Positions 51,849 through 64,000 of a stretch of 64,000 nt of DNA are shown in pieces. The notes beneath the pieces were generated by a model. The model was given only the letters and a program-made list of their open reading frames with translations. It had not been told where the DNA came from and did no database searches. Both the position numbers and the translations under genes were made by a program. The stretch lies in the NCBI RefSeq assembly GCF_006345805.1, contig NC_042997.1, forward strand, positions 95,914,001-95,978,000, in the 5' to 3' direction. The DNA comes from Octopus sinensis. Its lineage: Eukaryota. Position 1 is the stretch's first letter. Each line of letters opens with the position of its first letter.

Positions 51849-54085
51849 TCATCATCATCATCATCATCATCATCATTTAGCGTCCGTTTTCCATGCTAGC
51901 ATGGGTTGGACGGTTCTACTGGGGTCTGTGAAGCCAGAAGGCTTCATCAGGCCCAGTCAAATCTGGCAGTGTTTCTACGGCTGGATGTCCTTCCTAACGC
52001 CAACCACTCCGTGAGTGTAGTGGGTGCTTTTTACGTGCCACCCGCACTGGTGCCAGACAGAGCTGGCAAACGGCCACGAACGGATGGTGCTTTTTATGTG
52101 CCACCGGCACGAGGGCCAGGCGAGGCTGGCAACGGACACGAAACGGGGCGGTGCTGGCAACGGTCGCGAAACGGAAAGTTCTCTTACATGCCACCGGCAC
52201 TGGTAACACATCTGCAATTTCCATTGATCGATTTCCATTGATCGATTTCGATTCTGATCCTCACTTGCCTCAATGGGTCTTCACAAGCAGAGTTTCGACA
52301 TGCCACCGGCACTGGTAGCACATCCGCAATTTCCATTGATCGATTTCGATTCTGATCCTCACTTGCCTCAACACGTCTTCACAAGTAGAGTTTTGTGTCC
52401 CAAGAAGGGAAGGTATGCATACGTAGGCTGGCTCCATCTGCCGAGTGTGAGTACCGGCATTACACATCCATCGGAGCATACTGGCTTCATTTCTAGCGAG
52501 CTTACGCATATCCTCAGCAGTCACGGCCCATGTTTCACTGCCATGTAGCATGGCTGTTCGTACACACGCATCATACAGTCTGCCTTTCACTCTGTGCGAG
52601 AGGCCTTTTGTCACCAGCAGAGGTAAGAGCTCTCTGAACTTTGCCCAAGCTATTCTTACTCTAGCAGTTACACTTTCAGCACACCCACCCCCGCTGCTGA
52701 CTTGGTCACCTAGGTAACGGAAACTATCAACTATTTCTAGTTTTTCTCCCTGGAAAGTGGCGGAAGTTGGTCTCAGAGCATTTTCAGTGTTTATTGTTCC
52801 TGAGCATCTGCCACATACAAAAACCATCTTCCTAGTTAGCCTTCCTTTGACATTGCTGCATCTCTTATGTGTCCATAGCTTACACTTGGTGCATCTTATA
52901 GAGTTTCTACCTACACCTTTTCTACAGATCGAGCAGGGCCATCTACCTGAAGGTGTTTGTGATTTGTCTACCTTCCTACTGATACGACTTTGGTTTTAGC
53001 TAGATTGACTCTGAGGCCCTTCGATTCTAATCCTTGTTTCCACACCTGAAACTTCTCCTCCAGTTCTGATAGCGACTCAGCAATTAGAGCAAGGTCATCA
53101 GCATAGAGGAGCTCCCAAGGGCATCCTGTCTTGAATTCCTCCGTTATTGCCTGGAGGACTATGATAAATAGGAGGGGGCTGAGTACTGAGCCTTGGTGGA
53201 CCCCTACCTCTACCCGGAATTCTTCACTGTACTCATTTCCAACCCTCACCCTACTAGCGGCGTCCCTATACATGGCCCGCACAGCTCTCACTAACCATTC
53301 ATCTATCCCTAGTTTTCTCATGCCCACCAGATAAGGGATCGGGGGACCCTGTCGAAGGCTTTCTCCATGTCAACAAAAGCCAGGTACAGGGGCTTATCTT
53401 TGGCTAGGTATTTCTCCTGCAGCTGCCTTACCAGGAATATAGCATCAGTAGTACTTTTCCCTGGCACAAACCCAAACTGCATCTCATCTAAACTAACTCT
53501 CTCTCTAATTAGTTGGGCTATGACCCTCTCCGTAACCTTCATCACCTGGTCCAACAGCTTGATACCTCTGTAGTTATTTGTATCTAGGGCATCACCTTTA
53601 CCTTTGTAGCAGTTGACTATTATACTGCTACACCAGTCATTGGGTATGACCCCTTTGTGTATCACCTGATTAACTATATGGGTGACTAGGCTATAGCCGA
53701 CACTACCAGACATTTTGAGCATCTCTGCAGTGATTCCTGATGGGCCTGGGGCTTTCCCTGTCTTCATGCTTCTAATTGCCTTAGCTACCACAGAACTATC
53801 AACTCGGATAGCTGGTCCCTCTGTTGGGTCAACATTCGGCAGACTCTCTTTATCCCATTCATTTTCTTCATTCAGCAACCTTTCATAGTGGCATCTCCAA
53901 ACCTCTCTCTTCGCATCCTCATTTAGCGCAAGTGAACCATCTTCCATGCGAACACACTTCTCTCCTACCACATCACGATTCTCTCTCAAACACTGTCTTG
54001 CAACACGAAACACCTCCAGTCTTTGGTCCTCACGGCGCAGAACATTGGCAATTTTTTTCTTATCTGCTTCCCCTCTGGCTAACAT
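51849..54085 (-). mobile_element. 5'-truncated RTE-clade LINE with disrupted RT ORF
   Basis: KAPGPSGITAEML, NYRGIKLL, QFGFVPGKSTTDAI, AFVDMEKAFDRVP, GVHQGSVLSPLLF, LLYADDL, LRVNLAKTK. Frameshifts, a ~300-bp deletion near 52440 relative to the 59.9-kb copy, repeat-rich 3' UTR and (TGA)n tail. Confidence 0.95.
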
Positions 54086-54319
54086 ACTAATTCATATTTA
54101 TAATGTATAATTTATAAATTTTTATTCTTAATATTACAAAGTATAATTTTTATTCTTAGTTTTATATTCTTAATTTCTAATTCGTATTTTTTTAATCTTT
54201 AATGCTTAATTGTATTACTTATTTTAAAGGGATGTAAAATTCGATATATAATATTTTGAAATAGAACCTGAAGCGAAGATGGAATAATTGTAAATCTAAT
54301 GATTGCATAAATGTATTTA

Positions 54320-54373
<54 letters not shown>

Positions 54374-56348
54374 TATACAATTGTGTATATGAATATATAT
54401 TGTAATCTTCCAATACTGAAACACGTGTAGTTCCTTCATATTTAATAAATATAAGTATTGACTAAAGTATGTTATAATTAATGAAGTACATAGCTGACAA
54501 TTTAGTTTATATCCTTTAAGTGTTATTTCGTGATGTGCAAACTGATACCATGAGTTTACCGTCAGATATACTCATTAGGTTATTTTTGTATTATCTGGAA
54601 TTGAATATCCGCTTATCGATTAATCTCCCAAAATTGAATATTAACTTTAATCAGATACTTTGTATATTTATAGATAAATATATAAATATACGATAAATAA
54701 GACCCCAAAGTACGATATGTAGATGCATATAACGCTGTAGGGTTACACCTGATTGATTTGGAAATTTGTTTTCCCAAATTATTTATATATAATAATATAA
54801 ATAATATATATATATGCATATATATAGACATACATGTACATGCCTATATATATGTATATATATATATATTTATACACGCTTACATACATGTACAAACATG
54901 TTATGTACGTATGTATGTATGCATGTATGTATGTATGTATGTATGTATGTATGTATGTATGTATATGTGTATGCGTAAGTGCTAGAGGTTTGAAACATGT
55001 GAATAAGTGTTCATTCATATAATATTTGTACTTTGTCATTATGACTGGTCATGATGTATCTATTTTATCATTTGTTTCTTTGTGACTCTACTTCAAAATC
55101 AGCCTATGGGATAGCACCCCCGTCGTTGTTTTGCTGAGGCACAATTTGCCGGTTTCGTTGCAGACTGAATGCAGAATGTCTTTTAACAGCAACGTGTGAT
55201 GGATTCAATCACACAGTGATGTATAAATGATTCTGAATTTACTAGGTTTCATAACGTTTCCTATAGCCACGCTTAATTTCAATTTACATCTGTTCATCCC
55301 TGATTTATATTGGTTTACTTCATTGCTACTTTAGATCATTAATGAGATGAGACATCACTGGTCACTAATTGCCACGCTATTGAAGTAAGAGTGAAGTGTT
55401 TCATAATATTTAGTGCCTACTTAAGATCAAAAGATTAATTAATTCACTAATAAAGAAAAAATACACATAAAGTAAATATAATTAACAGGAGCAATTATAT
55501 ATTTTTATATCTCTGTCGGAAAACTTTAGATATTGGTATTACACACACAGATATCAACACGCATACACACACAGGATTGCACAAACATACACACTCATAC
55601 TCATTTACACTCACACATATACGTATATCATAGATACTTTTTTTCCTTTTTTCCTTTTATTTGCTTCAGTTAATTGAGCCTTTAGTCGAACACATCGACC
55701 CTGGAACTTATTCTTTATAAGCCTAGTACTTATACTATCGGGCTCTTTACCGAACCGCTAAGTTACGAGACGTAAACACTCTAACATCAATTGACAAGCG
55801 AAGGTGGGGGGACAAACCCCATTATTTCTGTCTACCGTCTTTATCTCTCTTTTGCCTTCCACCCTCTATCTTTCTCTTTCTTTTTGTCTCCAACTCATTT
55901 CTCTCTCTTGCCTCTCTCCCTCTGCCTTCCACCATGCCTTCTTTCTCCTCCCAATACCACGTGACCTATGACCATTCACATCTCTGTCGTCCATTTCCTT
56001 TTTCGCTTAACCGCTTAATCTCAGTGTGAGATTTCAAAAGTTGTTCTACAGTTGAAATTTTGCTTGTTTTTTAATCATTTGCATATTTGCAATCCCCACG
56101 TTTCACGCTCTGGCTATAGTATTCTCTCTCTCTCTCATTTGTTCCCTCAACATTGTGTTCGTGTTTCTATCTATTGCATGGAGAATGCCCACTTTTATAT
56201 GATACGAGATTGACGAAATACCAACGTGATATAAAACAATTTTTGAATATTTGTTATAAATATGAAGCTATGTCTAAAGTATAAGGGATTGCTTCATCTC
56301 TTATTTATATCTTACGCCTACTTTCAAATCATATCTGCTGAACACTAA

Positions 56349-59340
56349 CACTGGTCAAAAAAAAAAAAAAAAATTGAGATGGTGTCGAGACACCAAACAT
56401 CTTTTCTTAGCAAATTTGAGGGCGCTGAATCTGAAAATGACCATGGTTTGTCTTAATTAGCTACCGGTTTTGCTGTACAGAAATGCCTCATTTTTGAAAA
56501 TGAAATAAAACATTCGTGAGTACAAGAACTATGGTAAAAATTTTCTCTTTCTTGATTGTCTGTTATGTTCAATGTTATTTGAGTCCCTTTTGATACTCCA
56601 GCAGTAGTCAGCCATCATTCGTTTGTCCCACCGACCCTGCTAGCGCTCTTCCATTGTTTTGATATCCTGATGGAATCGTTCTCTATGCTCATCACTCTCA
56701 TCGCCACAATTATTCGAAAATTTATCTAAATGGCTATGTAAAAAATTAACCTTAATACTCATGTTAGCGCCTATCTCCTGTATACTTTTCTACTAACTCC
56801 TTGTGGTTTTCGGCCCGGCGATTGCCTAAGAGGTTTTTCACCACGTCAATAAATGATGCCCAGGCGCGTAATCCCAAGTCATTTATTCAATCAACAAATT
56901 CATCATCCTTAATGAGTTACCTAATATCAGAACCGTCAAACATTTCTGCTTTGAGTTTTTCGGTGCTAAGTCCTGGAATTGATTTACATATCTACTCAAA
57001 ATATTTGATTTCTTTGTCGAGTGATTTTACAAACTGTTTCATTAATCCCAATTTGATATGCAAGGAAGGGAAGATGATTTTTTTTCATTCGGAACTAGCA
57101 CTGCACTGAAAACGTTTTTTTCAATGACCTTCAACTCTTGGGGTGGCCAATCTTTCCTTTTTCCGTGCTCCTATTTTGCTCTACTGTCCCACATAGGCAA
57201 AAAAAACCCCAAAAAACATGTTTGATGGCATCATGTTTTTCTTTCAGTGTTGTTGAATGGCCTATAGGTATTGGCGCATACATGTTGATATTATGAAGCA
57301 AAACACATTTCAAACATCATTTTGAACTATCAATGAACAATCTCCATTCATCAGGATAGTATCTGCGGACGCCTAGTCGAAGAAAAACGCTCTCAACGTT
57401 ATTCCAATGAACAAGATCCGTGTTCTCTTAAAAATGCTTCAAATTCGGCATGCCTATTTCGATAGAATGTTACCTTTGTGTCTTTTGCTAAGAGATATAT
57501 TTCGTTGAGCCCAGAGGCCAACATCTCTGCTGATTCTTTGCATAGATTTAAGTCTTGAGCCAAATCATTCAGATCATTTTGGTTAAATGGCACTGGCACG
57601 GTTCCGAGAACATAGTAAGGATAATTTCCGCTGTCTTTCATTTAAATGAGCATCAGACTCATCACTTTCAACAAATTATCTGAATGCGGTATTGGTCAAA
57701 TAGCGGAATGGAAACTGGGATAGTCGGTAGATCTGTGTTTCCGTTGGTTCTAGTCCCGCTGAGCAGAAGTGACATTCGTCAGACTGGTTTTTTGGCTCAC
57801 GCCCGATCATAGGAATAGCGAATCTCAGCGATTTTCGGGTACCTTACATTGTCTCATGTGTTCAAAACATGTCTTTCAAACAATGTGAAGGGTCCATGAT
57901 TTGCCCTGATCACCTAGCTCGGCGTGAATGTAAGCGCGATAAGCTTTCTTGTAAAAGTCAGATATCGGTTTCCTGTTGGTTTTCGGTGTGAACTCGCCGC
58001 ATGTATAGCAAAATAAGTTGGGATCATTTTTGTATTAATTCGTTGAAGCTATGTCATTTGATATCTATCTCTATGATTAAAAAAGAACAGTAGTTGGTTG
58101 AGCATTTATATTACACTTTACGTGTTCACATTTAGGTAATTTGATCTTTCCTAATTATTTCATAAATTTTCCATAAATGCATTACAGAGATGGATGCAAG
58201 AAGCAAACGCGGGCTGGACAACATAAATGAAATGACTGATGAACAAAATAATGATATTGATAAGAGAAGCAAAGGACGCCCGCTGATCAATGCCCCCCGA
58301 GAACACTGTTCTTTCTTGTCATATTTTGTCCATTTTAAATATTTAAACACAAGTGAAGTAATGAACCTCTTACAGTAGTCAAAAAGTTCTAATTCAATCG
58401 AGGCGCCAAGACCTCTTACTCCACTTCCCCGATCAAATCTGTCGCCGTCCGCAGGCAATCCCGCAGTAACAAGTCGGAGACCCAGAAAAGATGTAATTGA
58501 ATTCCTCCTTCCAAAAGGCCTGCATTATCTTACAAAAGCAATTCTCCTCAATGACCTCCGCAGCTACCTGCGGAGGCCAATGTGGGCTATCAATGCAGGT
58601 CGGGACCGCCAGTTCCCGACCTTCAAAACGTCTTTCCTAATGCCCTACGGAAAGACTCGTAAAACTGTCAGTAGCAAAAGACAGAAAGAGTCGTTACGAT
58701 GATTCTCCTTTGTATCTTCGTAATCCCGCGTGGAGGACAGATGTTATGGTGAAACCATTTTCAATGTGTTCATCATGTACAATCGATAGAATAGGTGATT
58801 TCAATTGGGATGGCTTTAGTTGGAGGTATTTTTCCAACTGTTAAAACAAAAGCTCTTAATGTGCTTGGTTTCCTTCTCTATTGAAGGGATAAACGTGATG
58901 GGATATATTCATGAATATCAAACAGAAGATTTTAGGATTTTATATTTTTGATTTTACCTTAATTATCAGGTTTACTAAAGTGTATTTCTGATAAAGTTTA
59001 TCACTTAATTTGAATTTTGGTAACAAACTGGAAAACTTCGGTGCTTCTATTTTAATAGTACAGATTCAAAAACGCTGTTTTTGTAATAAAAATAGTTTAT
59101 TTCAGGAGGCTGACATAAATTGCTCGGCCTACCTGAAAATATATGGATTTCTACTACCTTTTTAAAGTAAATTTGCCGATCAGCCAAGATCGTAAATTGA
59201 TCTTTTTCACAAAAATGAGCAATTTCAGTAGAGCAAAAACTGTAGCTAACCATGAAAAGCTAAGGTCATTTTCAGAATCAGCACCATCAAATTTGCTAAA
59301 GAATGTGTAATTTATGTTTACCGAAAATTTGTTGCTTGTT
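56349..59340 (-). mobile_element. Chapaev3 (CMC) DNA transposon, ~3 kb, defective
   Basis: Minus-strand transposase pieces: CYTCGEFT..LGDQGKSW, PMIGREPKNQSDECHFC, NQNDLNDLAQDLNLCKESAEMLASGL, KCVLLHNINMYAPIPIGHS, DESDEHRERFHQDIKTMEER*QGRWDKRMMADYCWSIKRD. CACTGG left terminus; subterminal inverted match between 56405-56445 and 59274-59310. Confidence 0.88.
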
Positions 59341-59629
59341 TATCCATTTTCATTATGCTGGCGTTTTGAAGTCATCTTCACAGAACGATGGACTCATTAG
59401 CAGATCTAATGCAATAATGATAATTAACTCCACTTGTCGCTAATTATCAACGTATGTTAATTACTACAGCCTGTCGCAAACATTTTAGAAAGAGCATTGT
59501 TCAGGTGATTAATTACAGAAGAGGACAAATAAATATGCTATTAATATACTAAAACAGAATGAATAATAGAATTTCATATTTATGTCGAGAAACTTATAAG
59601 GTACACAAAAACTAAAACCCACTCTCATA

Positions 59630-59673
<44 letters not shown>

Positions 59674-59852
59674 AAGTGATGACTTTTATAGTTTGTATAT
59701 TTATTTCTGTTCCTTATCTCTCTTCCATTCTAAATAAAACTGTCGGACGAACGGGAACGTATAACTCTGAGTAACACTTTTCCTACTCTACCTCTGGTAT
59801 TCGAGTACTATTTTTACAACTTGTTTCGCATTTATGTGCTTGTTCGGTATAT

Positions 59853-59899
<47 letters not shown>

Positions 59900-59901
<2 letters not shown>

Positions 59902-60974
59902 TAGTGAAACATGGGCTGTGACTGCTGAGGATATGCGTAAACTCGCAAGAAATGAAGCCAGTATGCTCCGATGGATGTGTAATGTCAGTGTTCATAATCG
60001 ACAGAGTGTAAGTACCTTGAGAGAAAAGTTGGACCTAAGAAGCACCAGTTGTGGTGTGCTAGAGAGACGTTTGCGCTGGTATGGTCATGTGACGAGAATG
60101 GATGAAGATAGTTGTGTGCAAAAGTGCCACACCCTAGCAGTTGAGGGAACCTGTGGAAGAGGTAAACCCAGGAAAACCTGGGACGAGGTGGTGAAGCACG
60201 ACCTTCGAACTTTAGGTCTCACCAAGGAAATGACTAGAGACCGAGACCTATGGAAGTATGCTGCGCGCGAGAAGACCCGACAAGACTAGTGAGAACATAA
60301 CCTGTGGCCCACATACCTTTCCTTCTTGGGACACAAAACTCCACTTGTGAAGACCCGTTGAGGCAAGTGAAAATCAAAATCAAAATCAAACCAAATCAAA
60401 TCCGATATCAGAAAGCAGAACCAAAATCGAAGTCGATCAACATCAATGGAAATTGCAGCTGTGGTACCAGTGCCGGTGACAAGTAAGCGAACCATCCGAT
60501 CGTGGCCGTTACCAGCGCTGCCCCGACTGGCCTCCGTGCCGGTGGCACGTAAAAGCACCATCCATTCGTGTCCGTTGCCAGCCTCGTCTGGCCCCCGTGC
60601 CGGTGGCACGTAGCACCATCCGTTCGTGGCCGTTGCCAGCGCCGCCCCGACTAGCCTCCGTGTCGGTGGCACGTAAAAGCACCATTTGTTCGTGGCCGTT
60701 GCCAGCCTCGCCTGGCCCCCATGCCGGTGGCACGTAAAAAGCACCATCTGTCCGTGGCTGTTTGCTAGCTCCGTCTGGCACCTGTGCGGGTGGCACGTAA
60801 AAAGCACCCACTACACTCAAGGAGTGGTTGGCGTTAGGAAGGGCATCCAGCCATAGAAACACTGCCAGATCAGACTGGGCCTGATGCAGCCATCTGTCTT
60901 CACAGACCCCAGTTGAACCGTCCAACCCATGCTAGCATGGAAAGCGGACGCTAAACGATGATGATGATGATGAT
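59900..60974 (+). mobile_element. 3' fragment of the same RTE family
   Basis: GSETWAVTAEDMRKLARNEASMLRWMC...RRLRWYGHV...RGKPRKTW, ~60-bp tandem GTGCCGGTGGCACGT repeats in the 3' UTR, (TGA)n tail, (TA)n on both flanks. Confidence 0.95.
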
Positions 60975-61223
60975 ATATATACATATATATAATGTGATGA
61001 CTTTTTTGCCAATATAATGTCGCAGTCCCAGGATGGGACGAATCATACTGTTATTTGACCCCAGGAAACATCGTTGCCAGCTGGAACTGCCACATTTTGT
61101 TGGCAAAAAGTCATCACCTTATAGTGCTGTCAGTGTGTATCTCACTTTAAGAGTTTTAGAAATAATATTATTTCTATTTTCAATATATATATATATAATA
61201 TATATATATATGTATATATAAAT

Positions 61224-61289
<66 letters not shown>

Positions 61290-61333
61290 TATATATTATA
61301 TATATATATAAGTACAAAGTGATATACAAAGTG

Positions 61334-61364
<31 letters not shown>

Positions 61365-61439
61365 CAAAGTGAGATAGGGGTTGTGAGTGTGACACATTTT
61401 CGGATTTCAGTTATCCAATATATCCAAAAGGCTAATACA

Positions 61440-62829
61440 TAAATGCATTGCAATTATTGCATGAATGGACATATTTTCTGCGCCATCGGACATTTACGTC
61501 ACTTTCCGCCGGATGCAATTTCTGGTGAAGCCTTTCTTTGCGATATCAATTAACAAATCGCAGGGACAGACACTCTCAGCCGCGGGAATACATCTGGGCG
61601 AGCCCTGCTTTTCGCATCAGCAACTTTATGTTGCCTGCTCCCGCGTTGGAAGTAGGAATGCCCTGTTTATATCTGCCCCTGAGGGTAAAACCCGCAGCGT
61701 TGTTTACAACAAGATTTTGGATAAGCATTTATAAAAGCGTTGGTATACCAATGCTATTTTCAAAGAAAACAATTCTCACTTTGTCGGATGTTTATTAAGT
61801 TAGGTTAAAGGGCTAGGTCCCATTTTGTAAAGGCTGTCGGTAAGTTTTAGTAGGTTTTGTCAATGCAGATCTCCAAAGCTACATTCTTCAATGGTCCTTA
61901 ATATATTACAGTCTTCCTCCTCCGAAACAAACCAGTCATGTACATTTCCACAGCCAATTTCCTCTACAGCCATGTCGTTTAGAACCTCTAGGATGGGTTA
62001 GTGATAGATCGGGATTAGGAGCTGACTATTAGAGACTCCCGAGTTCCCTTCCGTAAGGTTAGTCTAGGTTTTAGTTGAAGGCTTAGTTGTGTTCCGAACC
62101 TAACCTCCTCCGTTTCAGTAGATCGGGAGCCCAATTAGCCTTCCAGCAAAAAGACATACCAATCATTTATACCTTAGTTAACCTTGATGTCTTACGTGGT
62201 TCTATGTGTCATGAATTTATAACTGTTGACCTTACTGCGTTACTTGCTTCAATGCATCATACTCATAAAATCACTTTGAATGCTGTTTTTGTGCTCTAAT
62301 TTCTCTGCCTTTTCGCCGGAATCAGCACTCTCCGCACCATTGCTATTCACTCATAGGACGAGGGGTGTTAGGTGAGGGGGTTGGTGTCAAAAGGGCTGGT
62401 ATGTGCAACTTGATCACCTCTGCCAGTCAAACTCTCAACCCATGCGTTCCCGTTGCGACTCAGCTGGCGCAGAACTGGGTTGGGTATGAAACCAAAACTC
62501 AACAAAAACGAGATTTATGCGTATTTTCAAAATCATGCTATTTTGCGGCCAAATTCGAGTTTTTCGCTTCCTTCTGCCTCCTTTTTTGCCCGAATAATGG
62601 CATGTGCACAGTCCCGCTAATTTTCCATGATTATGCCGTTCCAGGTGTGAAAACCGAAGTCTAATGAATATTAATTACTCTCATAAAAATCTCCAACTGG
62701 CTCATAAACACAAAACTGAAATGGGATAAGAAACTTAGCATTTGATGTAGTGAGAATTTTTTTACTGCGACCCGGCAACGAACAACAAGCACTAGCACTA
62801 GACTCGGCAACGCCGGGTCATAGTGCTAG
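61440..62829 (+). mobile_element. Helitron 3' portion (PIF1 helicase C-terminus plus 3' end)
   Basis: FAISINKSQGQTL..PCFSHQQLYVACSRVG..GKTRSVVY; CGGCAACGCCG hairpin followed by CTAG|T at 62829. Confidence 0.85.
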
Positions 62830-63369
62830 TCATATATTGCTTTTTTGACGTACAAATTGCGACTGAAACACCTCGTTCGTAAAAAGAAATCTAAGTACAG
62901 TATAGAACAATATTACTTGGTGAATTGTTAAAATTTCCTTCCTATAAATACATACCGAGTGAAACAGTAAGCACACCTGATAATTTTATAGTTATAATGA
63001 TATACACATATTAATGCTTTCTCAGTGAACGTACACACAAAAATAAACAAGTGGGAGTGAGATAAACAAAACACAAAGAATAAGCAAGCGGGAGCAAGAT
63101 AAAGAAAACAGAAAACAAAATGACCTTTTGAACTTTTAAACATAAGAAAACAAATTAAATATTTAACAATGTCTCAATAATATATATATAACATATATGT
63201 GTTTGTGTGTGTGAGAGAGAGAGTGTGTATGTGTGTATGTATATATATATATATAATAGAGAGAGAGAGATAGATAGATAGATATATATATGTATATATA
63301 TATATATGTATATATGTATATATATATGTATATATATATGTATATATATATGTATAATATGTATATATG

Positions 63370-63400
<31 letters not shown>

Positions 63401-63411
63401 TATATATATAT

Positions 63412-63443
<32 letters not shown>

Positions 63444-64000
63444 AATTGCGCTGAGAGGTAAGCACAGTAACAAAACAACAAATAATGAAGAATTTCAAAG
63501 AGTGATTAACGGAAAGTACAGGTCAGGATTGGTAAAAATATTTACACCTCCGAACGAAGTGGCCAAATATATATTCTGACCTCTCACTCCAATTTTTTTT
63601 ATTCGCTCTTCGTTTTTTCCCCTCTAATACTTTCTAGAGAACACCGAAGGTTCGAAGCATCAAAGAATTTTAAATTATTTACGAGTATTTTGATTTCTGT
63701 AAATTTCAATTCTTCCCGAGTGTTTTGCTTTCTGTAAATTTAAATATATATTATATATATATATAATAATAAGGGTAAATAATTTCTATAAAGGTTTTTA
63801 AAAAAACCACAATTATTTACTGGTAGAATTCGGTATGTAAATATAGCCGATTACCGGCAGGAACTTCTGTAAAGTTCAGTATATGTATTGTATATAAGAA
63901 AAAGGGACAGTTGAATTAGGTACTTAAATTGAGGGACCTTGCCAGTTCGGTATAGTGCGCACAACTGCAAGTCAGTTGAACAGAATGTAAATAAGAACGA

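Noticed and set aside
60465-60810. CRISPR-like repeat-spacer array
   Set aside because: The intervening sequences are homologous to each other, the array lies in an RTE 3' UTR, there are no cas genes, and the context is eukaryotic.
62928-63143. Hydrophobic minus ORF as GPCR TM4/TM5 exon
   Set aside because: It lacks GWGxP, CW and the TM5 proline, and its donor phase does not fit the phase-0 acceptor at 39943.

Overview
AT-rich, microsatellite-dense animal genomic DNA. The SINE, RTE and Penelope repeat content looks like an octopus (inferred, not verified). The only host gene I can support is the 3' part of a class B1 (secretin-family) GPCR on the minus strand. Four exons (39858-39943, 38459-38594, 24841-24882, 10049-10357) splice in frame with canonical GT-AG sites into TM5-ICL3-TM6-ECL3-TM7-helix 8-C-tail of a CRF/DH44- or PDF-type receptor; I could not find its upstream exons in the window. 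The rest is introns and intergenic DNA filled with decayed elements: RTE LINEs, Penelope-like (PLE) fragments, three tRNA-derived SINE families, maT/DD37D and Tc1 remnants, a ~3 kb Chapaev3 copy and Helitrons. The main unexpected signal is a dense set of type I hammerhead ribozyme (HHR) motifs in at least 6-8 repeats that appear largely unrelated in sequence. They include a 353-nt tandem dimer with two complete HHRs (7953-8567) and a 492-494-nt tandem plus inverted array (28481-30136) whose stem II can fold as three abutting hairpins. Three MITE-looking foldbacks (23529-23892, 40702-41170, 43471-44287) each carry one outward-facing HHR per arm. Most of these HHRs have a palindromic 4-nt loop III, as expected for dimer-dependent cleavage. 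All folds were derived by eye; no activity, expression or database result was tested.
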